Shown piece by piece: positions 53,268 through 64,000 of a stretch of DNA of 64,000 nt. The first letter of the stretch is position 1, and the number at the start of each line of letters is the position of its first letter. The position numbers and the translations under genes are program-made. This DNA comes from Dicyema japonicum (lineage: Eukaryota > Animalia > Dicyemida). The stretch covers positions 1,867,635-1,931,634 of the forward strand of contig RDEW01000001.1 of the NCBI GenBank assembly GCA_011109175.1, written 5' to 3'. The notes under the pieces were generated by a model. The model was not told the DNA's origin. It did no database searches and saw only the letters and a program-made list of their open reading frames with translations.

Positions 53268-54347
53268 GTCTAGGCTGTAGGCTTGGGAGAAAGACTGCAG
53301 AGCTCTAATTTCCAAATGGTCTCTAATTGGAAGGATCTTTGATTCCCAGTGAAGATGATCAATATGTTTCTACTGAGAAAATTAACAATTTATAGCTTAC
53401 ACTCCAAAATTTAGTTAAAATAGAATTTAGTGTAGTATAAAATTCAAATATGGGTCCCCAGAAAAAAGGTTGAAAAACGCTGTCAGATGGTCACTCTAAG
53501 AATTAGATTAAGAAACCGTTTAAGGCGGCTAAACAACCTGTACTTCTCAAGCCTGAAACCTCTGCAGTCATAGCATCGTATGATTGCATTCTTAGACACG
53601 CAACGTCTGGTGTCCATAAGTGATCCCAGAGTATTGTTTCATCCGCATAAACAAGGACCTATGACAAAAATATGTTAAAAAATGTAACCCAACCTGATGG
53701 TACCGTTAAATATCCTTAACAAAAAATTTTAAAAAGATTGAAGTGCCTTCTTAAAGAGGATCCTAGGTAGTAGTCCTAGGAGCATTGTTTTCGATCCTCT
53801 AAATACTTAATAACATCTTCATAGGCAATAGTCATGAAAACAACGCTCGAGACCACCGGATGGTTAGCCATTTGCGTCTCTTCGATGAGATAACATCCTA
53901 GACACACTGACTTCTCAACACTTGGACAAATCACAGAAATTTATTGTAAAAATCTCCGCAATTTCGGATTGGTCCGAGATTTTGAAACCACCCGAAAGGC
54001 ATAAAATACCCACGAACGAACCTCCCCCTTTTCCTAACAAGCTCTTCTGCTTTTAACTCAGATCTGACAGGGTGATTCTTTCGCATGCTTTCTTAAACTT
54101 GTTACTCTACAGATCCATAAACCTTTCTTAATTTATCACAAAGTCTTCATCCTCCGTTTGATGGGAGTCTGATTATTCTCAAATCCGGGCCTTCGAGTAA
54201 AGGAAACCTCCTGATCACGCAAGGCCATGTCCATTCCAGTTCCTGTCGCGAGTCCTTCAGGTCCTCTCCCTCAGAAAGACACCTCTCAATCTTTTAAAGG
54301 CCGCAATAATTTACTAGACTAAATTCAAAATAAACAAGTAAATACAG

Positions 54348-56685
54348 TTATAATACATCTAAAAAATTATCAGCTAATTTTCCAGCCTCTCTAAGTCCGC
54401 TAAGCAGGGCACCATGGATGGTAGCTGGATAATCGGCAATTGTGTGCTCTCCCGCAAAAAATACACGTTTTTTAGAAATTCCGTCCGAGGTAACAACTGT
54501 CACTGGTTCTGCTACGGATACATAGTCCTCTCCTAAAATGAATATCAAACAAACCGCTCCCCTTCACTCCAATGCTAGAATATGAACCCCCAATGTTACA
54601 ATCTGATTTCCACCGACTCACAATAAAACGTTTCGGTTTAGGAATAACCACGTGGGAAAATATTTTCCTCAATGCTCCAAGACACCTTTTCACGATCACA
54701 GAATCCTCCATCTTCTCAATATATTCTGCTGCTCTCCCAGAAACGAAGGTAATTATTGTCGGCTGGTCTCCAAAATTCCAGAATTGGAAGAACTCTCCAC
54801 GTGCATTCGTAGAACTAGATAAATAGCCGATCGCGTTGGATTCGACATCCCAGAACCGCCGATCAAAAAATAAGACCACCAAAATATCTTAACCAATCAA
54901 AACTTTGTTCATAACCCCGAAGTTCAGTCTCTTTATGGAAATTCTCTTCCATTTCGGAAGAGGAGGTCGAAAAACAAGTCCAATATTCTTCAAACTATTT
55001 TTGAGGATCCCCAAAGGGACCGTACACAAGACGGCATCGCCTTTCACAGCAATTTTCTCCAGAGTGTTGTTTTCGACCGTGTATGAGACCTCAACCCCTA
55101 TAATAAAAAACCTCTTAGACCATGTTGGTCGTACAAGACCGAGTTAACCGTGGCGTTGAGGATAATTTTGTCCCTAAAGGAATCCGCCAGAGATTCAAGA
55201 ATCGTAGTCAGTCCGTTTACCACTAAAATACCAGTTTTCTAATTTACAGGTAAAATGGCGTCCTAGATATTCGTTTCCGTCATCCTGATCCCAGTAAAGT
55301 CCACTGAGTGACTCCACCGGACAAGAATTGGCGAACTCCATGTTGGCTAAATGCCAGTCAAGCAATCGCCGATTAAGAGAACTCGAATCATAAAAATCTT
55401 CTGAGGAAACAAGTTCCTCTGACTCTGAGAACTCCATCAACTTGTTTCTGTGAGAATACAATCGATTGAATTTCTGAAATATAAACACAAGCCAACAATG
55501 CAGGACTTTGATAGCTCGTATTTAAGATAATTGTGCAAAAACTCTGAATCGAATCCCCTGCTTTTCTCCACCAGGTTCATCTTGTTGTGGATTGACCGCA
55601 TAGAACTCCTCAACTCAATGAGCTACAAATGCGTAATACAGAAACTTTGATGGAAATTTTGTGGATTTTCGACTTCAGTTTCAGAGTTCTTTGGAGACTA
55701 TGTAATCTCCTTCTGAGTATACTGTGTTCATGAAGCCTGGAATAAGTCATAAAAGTCACATTAAAACAGTCTCCATGACGGTCCCCAACCCCCATTTTTT
55801 GCTTTTAAAATCATCAAAGAATTTGGAAGTAATTTTTAAAATTTGATTAAATCTTGTTTCCACCGCGACGTCATTCTCTTTTGAAACCTTGAATAGCATA
55901 ACGGAATCACCGGCTTTCCGTCAAAGTCAAAGAGAGGACACGACTCATTCAAGTATATGACTTCTTCACCACTTTGTCGAGTCAGGGTCCTCATTGGGTT
56001 GCATCCTGTGGTGATCCTCATAGAAAACCTTCCCCCAGAATAATCATACCCCCCAAGTCCACGTGACCCGTCTGTTTGTCAGAATAAGTATGAATTCGTC
56101 CTCCAATTCTCGCCTTGCAGTAATATATTTAAAGAACCTTAGCCTCCAGAAGGATCACGTCGAATCCCAGAGAAATCAGTTTCTTAGCAGAAATTAACCC
56201 GGAGATTCCAGCCCCAATAATGATGACTTTGTGTTTCGTTACTAAAATCAGATTATTTGTCAGACTTGGTGGAATACTGATTTGCTTATAAATTCCAAAG
56301 TTAATAAATCCGTGACGGTTTAAAAAGTGGTAAATCTTCTTGGAAAAGTCAAGGAAATGGTTAGAACATTTGACGTTAACTTGGGTCAGAATGTCGTTGA
56401 AAGTGACTTCCTTGGAGGGATTTTCAATCCATTTTTTGAGCTGAAATAATGAATTATTAAACAATTAAATTTCGAATAAAAAAATATGTTTTTAATTTCG
56501 GAGAGTTTTTCTTCAAATCTGAGAAGCACATTTCTTCGATATTGGTCAACACTGTACTCCTCAGTCGTGACTGATCGACAATCGGTTTGAAATTTTGTAT
56601 ATTATCTGTTTTGTTATATAATGTTCTCACTTTCGTAATTCTGGACAATATTTTCTTTGAAATCTTCCCAAGAATTGAATAGCAT
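54348..56685 (-). CDS. KDM1A: Lysine-specific histone demethylase 1 (SWIRM plus amine oxidase)
   Basis: [71 protein letters not shown]; 13 introns of 22-25 nt restore a stop-free frame (one ends in TG). Confidence 0.95.
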
Positions 56686-59349
56686 GCCTAACCAAGAATT
56701 AAATATTTGTCTGGAAATTTATATTAATAAATATATTTTTGTTACAATTTTTTAATCATTTTACTTAATATATCATTTAATTTCACATAGTTTTGTTGGA
56801 CTCGAATCACTCTCACAATTAGTCTCTTACTACGGTTAGAAACAACAGAGTATACTTTATTTCCCTTCCTAATACGACTGTTATTTCTTATGTGCAGTGA
56901 CTCTGTTATTTATACCACATACTGTGATCCATGTTAATAATGGGCTGAGAGCTATAGAAACGACCTGAGTAGATAATTCAGTTTATAGGTTAACTGGTCG
57001 GAGATGGTAAAACCACGTGACTTTCAGGTCGAGAGGTAACAACTGTCACCGACTCTGCTACGGATTCAGTTGTTAACGTAATGGCCACGATCCTTGGATC
57101 TGGTTGGAGAAGGTCTTGAATACTTTCCATAACTACCACAATAATCAGTTCAATCTAACTCTACATCTTGTTTAATAATTTAACCCAATAGAATTGTCTC
57201 AACACCGAGAAGTGGATGACGCTTCTCTCTGTGCTCTAATCAACATGGAACGATTAAAATTACCAACCATGGGGCCAAGAGACAAAACTCTGCTTCCGTT
57301 TTCTTGTGGAGGCCTTTTCACATTAGTCAGGAGTCAAATTTACCTCCCGTCGCTTCGAATGACAATTGTAACATCTGAAATCCATCTCTACTGTCATGTC
57401 CTTGCAGATTATCGTCCTGATCTCACCCGCTTCATTCGAATGGAACATGCTCTAATTTGCGGCAGCCTAAACACAGTCTTCTTTGCTATGCAAGCCAACA
57501 AAGGGATTTTTAAATCAAACAACATATGACTTGATTTCCTTAATGGTGAGGTATATAAACCAATCCTAACGTGGTGACTCACTTAGCTCACCAGAAATTT
57601 CCTTTACGTAGACATTTAAGTACGATAACCCAATCATCCTGAGAATTCCCCAAATGGAAGTTAAATTATACAGCAAGTACCACTGTCAACTTCCCACTAG
57701 CAGTCAGGTCTTTTTGTTGAACATCAACACCAGTGTTTCCGTACAGAGGATTTCCATTCGTTTGACGCCATCTCGAAAACAAAGCCACGGTCAGGCATTA
57801 TAATAATTTCGCACGCTCGGAAAAGATTCATTCCAATGGGCCAAACCAAACGCTCCGTTTGCCATTCCATAACATACACCTGAGAGAGATTAAAGAACTT
57901 CAACTGACAGTAGAATGACCTAAGATTTTATAAGTGAAAAAAGAAAACACACGTAACACCGCAAGAACGGAAGCTTATGGAAATCAATAAAAAGGCTCAA
58001 AAAGTTTTCTCCGCAACCTACGTGCAACAGGCTCAAGTTTAAATGAAGCTTATTAGGTCATAAAGACTATTCCAAAGACCAGGACCATCGCATAAACTAC
58101 AGTAATGGTCAAATGTATCGAACCAACCGAAACACATTCACATGTGTTAGAAAATGTGTCATTCTAAAGATTTCTTCACTGGCAGGTGACCAAATAGAAT
58201 CTCGCATCCCTTCGTTGAACTTATATAATAACAATTCATTCTACCGAGCGTCGAATACACTTAGGTGGGAACGATCGCACCCCCTGGCTAAAGCGATACC
58301 GAAGCGACCATCCACCTCACTGTTTGAGGAATCGCTAGACATCCAATTGATCACCCGACGAACGGCAGAGAGATTTCCTTTAAAGACTTTGGCATGAAAT
58401 CAGACAATATATGGAATCCTCCACTGAGAAGAATCCAAGATTTCAGAAAAACCGAGGAAGCGAGACATGTACATCGGGATCTTTTTATCACAGAATATAT
58501 GCTTTGTTATTAGTAAATGTTTAATAAACGTTATAAATTAAAATGAGTATACTAACCTACTCAACGACAGGATAAGTCGAACAACAGATAAACAATTCAA
58601 AGATGTTTTTGTCCATAAGAACAATGTAAAGAGGGAGTGGGGAAATTTTGGAAGCCCTAGCGAGGTTGTAATCTTTCACATTCAACGTCAATGAAGGAAA
58701 ACGTTTCGAATAAAAAAATATGTCAATTCGATTATATATTTGAACATAAAATTTTATTTGGGGAGATCTCCAGAAAAATAAAAAAAACTCAAAGATAGGC
58801 GTTCTTTGGGACTCAATTTGTTTATTTTCCTGAAAAAAACTGTTTTGGTTTCAGCATTCTCTTCTTTCACTAGTTTGTCCATGCAATCTATGCTTACTTT
58901 AATCGAGGATGATTTCGGTTAATCATAGATTGATCGTGACCTCCCCGTGGGAATGTATTCCTTGAAGAGGCACTTAGTAGAACATTTCTCTTTTATATTT
59001 TTAATCCATTAGTTAAGAGATGGGGGAAGGATTACTCCTAAATTACCCTATAACTAAAAAATAGTTTTTCACTAAATTTTTGCATGAAACGAACTACACA
59101 GTCAGTAATTGAATAAATCACGAATCGAATTAGTTCTCATAGTCCCTCTCAGTTAATTTGTCTCCTCTTTGAGGAAGATCTAAACACCTTAAGGATTCGG
59201 AAATGTATAAGGCCATTTTGAAAATCTTAAATGAGTAACTCATGAAACTCACATTCCTTGTATAAGAGTTTTAAAATTTTATTATTGTTGCCACATGATC
59301 ACTGGGTTAAACAAAAAAATGTCCCAATGTGGCAGGGGGAAGTTTAGAC

Positions 59350-62120
59350 CAATGTGGGCGGGCTTTCCATAACAGATTCGTATTTTTATCATATCTTGGG
59401 TGATTCTTTGGTTGCCTTCACGAATTTTTACTGTCTTTCAAGTGGGAGTGCTTCAAAAGTCATTGACAGGGAATTAAGGGATGATTCTGTCAGCTGCTAT
59501 CTGGTTTTGGGCAATTTGTTAATTAAAGAACGGAAAATCGCCATTGACCATGTTGCATTTGCACATGTTAATGCTGGTCGGACAAATGTAGACAGTGGAG
59601 AGATATCACATTGTTTCCTAGAGCTTTTGTGACAATTTTCGAGATTTAAACACCTTCGATATTCAGGGACCAGCTCCAAAAAACGTGCTTGTGATATGGT
59701 TGTTGTGGCTGGAAATAGTTAAAAAGTAAGTTCAAAGGGATCGAAAAATGTGGCAGTAAAAGTTAGCAGTTCTCCACGAGCTACAGGAGCTTCTATTGTG
59801 AAAAGGTTTGAAGAGGAGATCAAGAGAGTTTTCAGATCTACAGAAACTGAAAAAAGTCTATTCCTCATGATCCTTCAGTTTCTGAAGATTCTAATAATGT
59901 GTTTATAAAGATCTCTGTTACATCGAATATGGGGGCCATCAAATATATAACGTGGTGTACTCGTTTGACTTGACGAGATCTATAGATTAAGTCACAAAGG
60001 CTCCGGGATCTTCCGTCTCAAATTCAGAAAGGAGGGCAAAAGGAACTTTTGTGAACATGTGAATACTACTCCACTTTTGGTCTTGGAAACCATTGCTTCA
60101 TGAAATCCGAGTAAGACCGTCTGAAATTGTGTTAAAGAACCTGCCCTTTTGAGGTGATGATAACGACCTTCATGAATTTGGTTGATGATAACGTCAAAGA
60201 ATTAGCCCCATCTCAGGTAATAACGATGCAAAGTTAGTGTGGCCTATCTACAAGAGGTGAAAGTGGATCGAGATGTATGCTACGGAAATTATCGACTAAT
60301 AATACTACCGTCCGATTGCCGTCACTATGGAATGGACTTTTCAGTTCATCTATCAATCGTGAATCGACTACTCAAAGTATGAAGAGATACTGACAGAATC
60401 GCTATCATTCAATTGGATATTGGATTACGTAAAAAGAACTCGATTATATCCGTCATTAATGTCTACGTTCCCCACATGATTAACAAATTGAATAAATGAA
60501 TTTGACTTTTATTTGAGTCTATATTCGCAATTCTGTTCGTGCAGACCAATTTTTGTCTCAGGAGACTGAATTTCAAGGAATTAGACGTAGTGGTGAAAAT
60601 TGGGCTATCGTACCTCATCTGGAAACTACCTGATAGACCTCTACAATGCCTACGATTTGTTTTTGTGCACAAGGCCTTTGATGTTATACTCAAAGCTACA
60701 TTGGTTGGCAGCCGAAAAGATAAAAAGAGGATATAAATTCTAACCTTATTGACTATATTTTAAGTAAAAAGACACTCAAAGGACAGCATACATCCACGTG
60801 GGAAAATGTTCATGGCTATAAGACTCCTCGACTCCAATTAAAACCAACTTTAAATACAAGCCGAGTGTAGTCATTTTGTCTCCGCAAAACTAATAACCGA
60901 CCATCTTAGCAAACAAATTAATCAGGATGACCTCTGCACAGTTAAAGGGGAGCCTTTGTTCATCGGATTCTAAAATTTTGGAATGTCTCAGACTCTCGAA
61001 TCATAGCAGAAGGCCTGGGTTTTACAATATTTGTGGAGAACTACTAAAAAACGAGCCTCGGCATGGATATCCTTTATTTTCAACGAAATAATCAAGACTC
61101 ACTGTCCAGTTGACATTTCATAGGGATATTACTGTCTGTAAAAAAACCCGGTAAAAGTGAAGAAAACTCAATAATATAAGGGCCATAGTTCTGTTGACGT
61201 GTCTGAGAAAACCTCTGATATCGTTTGGAGTCATCTAAATATCAAAGGCACAGAAAAATGATGTATATTCTGGGAGTTGATTTGGCGAAGACTGTCGACT
61301 ATCTTCAGAACTTAACTATTGTTTTCGAGGACATTATTGATGAAGACTGCCAAATAATTATAAGAATTTTGCTTAAGATACGGTGAAGGTGGGCAAGAGT
61401 TATTCGGAAAAGTCTACAACGAATATTGGTACTCCTCATGGTGATTCACTTTCGCCAGTTCTCTTTATAATTTATTTGGAAGCTGCTTTGAGGGATGTTC
61501 GGAAAGAATATGGTTGTCTAAATGTCTAGTTGAACTAATTATGCGGAAATATAGATTTTGTATCCGGCGACCTGTTAAAATTAACATAGAAAAACTGACA
61601 TCGATTTAATTGATGCAAACGCGAGTTGATGAAAATTTGGATTTATATTAAAAAGAAGCTTGGCTCTCTTCCGGGAGATGCTGAGGACAATGGTCGCAGA
61701 AAAATCCTGGCCTCTTTTGCAATGAAAAAGATTTAGAATATTTGGACACAGAAAGCATGTCTCTTTAAATCTACGGATAAGGCTAATTAATGAGTTAACT
61801 GCTCTTATTGTACAACTCAGTAACATGAAATCAGATCTTAGCAGACTTGACGAATACCACATAAATCAGCAAAGAAAAATAGTAGGCATCCACTGGCCTA
61901 AGAAATTAAACAACAGGAATCTACGATAAAGAGGAAATAATACAATCTCGCTGGCGATTTTTTGGACATATTCTTAGTATGGATATGGTGTAACCTCATT
62001 ATGGAAGTTTTTTTCAATGCGGACGACCTTGATGAACTAAAGAAGCGAACGAGGAGGAAAGCTGCATGGAAAATGCTGGTAGAACGGATAGCAAAGAGCA
62101 CGGCACAAGCGAAACCCTAA
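59350..62120 (+). mobile_element. Decayed RTE-type LINE preceded by a possible SGNH-esterase ORF1 remnant
   Basis: APE (DRIAIIQL, VINVYVPH), RT (GTPHGDSLSP..IYLEAAL) and RTE C-terminus; upstream ILGDSLV and DMVVVAGN. Confidence 0.65.
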
Positions 62121-62419
62121 GTATTCATACAAGATGGTTAAAGCTGGAGTGTTCTTCACTAACTAACAAGATCGATAATTTTAATATTTCAAAAATCCAT
62201 GTCATTTGGAGTTTTTTGGAAATACATTCATTCATTTAACTTTTTGAAGTAAATCTGTGGTAGGTCCATTAAATTATCTTCACGTTCTGCTCTAAGAATT
62301 AAGTAGATGTAATAGCAAAATTTCATGCACTCTCAACACAGCACAGATTTTTTGTCTAAAATAATTTATAAATTCTTACTTTGTTTACAATAATTCAGTT
62401 GTCGCTAAATTTCAAAAAG

Positions 62420-62900
62420 ATTGAAATATGCCTGCCTCGACGTGACCTGAAAAAAGCGCTTTCCTCTTCTGACCACCACTACATTTTGGAGCAGACTGGT
62501 CTCACCCGAGCCGATGGCAAACGCCCATACGAGATGACAACATTCCCTTTTTCGAATGGTCAGAACCTGGTTTGGGACGTTACGTATGTTGATACGTACT
62601 CTCAGAAAAATTTGGCCCGTTCAGTCTCGGACCCAAATCATGCTTCTAAGAAACCGAGTATCAAAAGAAAAGGAAGTAACGAAACATTTCGGAGGATCAC
62701 TTGTTGTCCCATTTGCTGTCGATACTTCAGGAATCCTTAGCTTACAAAGGGACGATCTAGACTGTCGGATCGGCTCAATGATCCAAAGGATAACGAAGGA
62801 TCTATGTGAGACTGGATGATTTCGAGACCGCATCTTGAAAGCTAGTGTAAGAAGAAACAACATGGCCATTCAAGCTCCCTGATCTAAGTGCTCTTTTAAC
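62420..62900 (+). mobile_element. CRE-like RLE 3' fragment
   Basis: ADGKRPYEMTTFPFSNGQNLVWDVTYVDT; PFAVDTSG. Confidence 0.75.
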
Positions 62901-63135
62901 ATTTTTTAATTAAATCTATTCTGGTTAAATTTCGATTCAGATATGCTAAGAAAAAATCCTTATTGTCATTTGCATTCTAGCCGATCTTTGTTAAGACGTC
63001 TAGCGTGCTTGGTCAGAGGAACTGGCATCAACTCTCCCGAATCGAGGACCTTTGAGATCGTCTCAGGCTTAATATTGACTCACAGTGATTATTTCGTTTA
63101 GAAAATAGAATATCTAATAATAAAACCAAAGAAAA

Positions 63136-64000
63136 TCAATTGTAGTTAATTAACACTATGCAAGCTGAATTCTTCTCTTTTTGGGCATTGGCCTTTGTAT
63201 CACCCTCACTGTCCACCTCGTATACTACTTGAGAAAGCAAATCATTAGACAAGACAGCTGTTTCTTTTGGTTCCTCTTCGACGTCACCTCCGAGTTCAGA
63301 GCCTCTTGAGATAAGATGATTAGTCACTCTTGTAACATCATCATCAACTTTCAGCCCATGTCTATGCTCGATTATCATGCTCTTTAAAGTTTTTTTAATC
63401 GTCATTGATTGGATGTACACCCTTGTAGAGACATCCACGTTGAGTCTTTCCATATAGGACTTGTAGTACTTTGTTACTACTCCATCCCATGTCAAAACAA
63501 TCGGAATTATTGTCACCTTGGCCTTGTGGATTTGTGCTAGTTCTCCTGCAGAAGGTCGTATTTGTGGAGTTTTTCCACTTCAACATGTTTTAGCAAATCT
63601 TGGGAAGTGATCCCTACTTCTATTAGTATTATTTCGTTTTTGGATTTATTGTGTACGAAAATATCAGGTTTGTTATTTTTAACTTTTATATCCGTTTGTA
63701 GTGTTGTAACGACTTGTATTTCAACTTTACTGTTTGACACAATCGATTGGACTGTATGCGTCTTTACCCTCTTGGTTCATTTTATTCCAAATTGACGACA
63801 TAGTTGTATACATCTTACAACTTGTTATGTCGCCACATATACGCACTGCTAAGCATCCTGGTACATCGTCTAGCCAGGTGATCCACACTCTTTTTGGCCA
63901 TTCCACAATGACTGCAATTTGCTTTCATCTCTTCAAAGAACAGATTTCGATCCTGTATCATGCAGTACATTGCATCCGACCTTGGACTATTGTTTCCCCC
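63136..64000 (-). mobile_element. R4/Dong-like RLE retrotransposon 3' part (CCHC plus PD-D/ExK), cut by the window end
   Basis: IQDRNLF..CSHC..VDHLA..C..RHN, NKPDIFV, LIEVGITSQD, EKLHKYDLL, IIPIVLTWDG. Confidence 0.85.

Larger units (their letters stand above)
51690..53375 (-). mobile_element. Vingi-like 3' fragment split by a hAT insertion
   Basis: Flanks are colinear with the uninterrupted copy at ~44220-44380. Confidence 0.75.

Noticed and set aside
57194-58560. ORFs 57194-57529 and 58113-58397 and their antisense frames as genes
   Set aside because: No recognisable motif, frequent stops on the alternative strand; left unassigned.

Overview
AT-rich eukaryotic (metazoan) genomic DNA, mostly decayed transposable elements, with a few compact host genes. 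Four host genes are well supported: SRPK kinase, GPKOW/Spp2, KDM1A/LSD1 and SAYSD1. Their spliceosomal introns are almost all 21-26 nt GT-AG. The tiny introns plus a bilaterian-type 18S rDNA fragment with a very short V4 suggest a dicyemid mesozoan (inference, not proven). Also present: an intronless, stop-riddled TBC1D19 retrocopy, an orphan protein with four NFGF repeats, and an 18S pseudogene. TE content: RTE (including a BovB-like 3' end), CRE-like and R4/Dong-like RLE elements, a Jockey/I-like LINE, pogo, Tc1, hAT, Merlin fragments and a tRNA-derived SINE. The most coherent hidden system is an Ingi/Vingi-like LINE family that can be rebuilt from more than 10 scattered pieces. Its parts in order: a 5' HDV-like ribozyme fold whose P1/J1-4 contains the AUG (MWF...), a ~55-aa leader ending in a 2A/StopGo motif (LLxSGDVExNPG), APE-RT with a CCHC/DLWxRP end, a covarying 3' hairpin overlapping the last codons (WDHL), an invariant GGGTTA and a (TAA)n tail. 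Short non-autonomous derivatives carry only the ends. Single-base homopolymer frameshifts in otherwise intact genes point to residual assembly indel errors. All analysis was manual; no searches were run.
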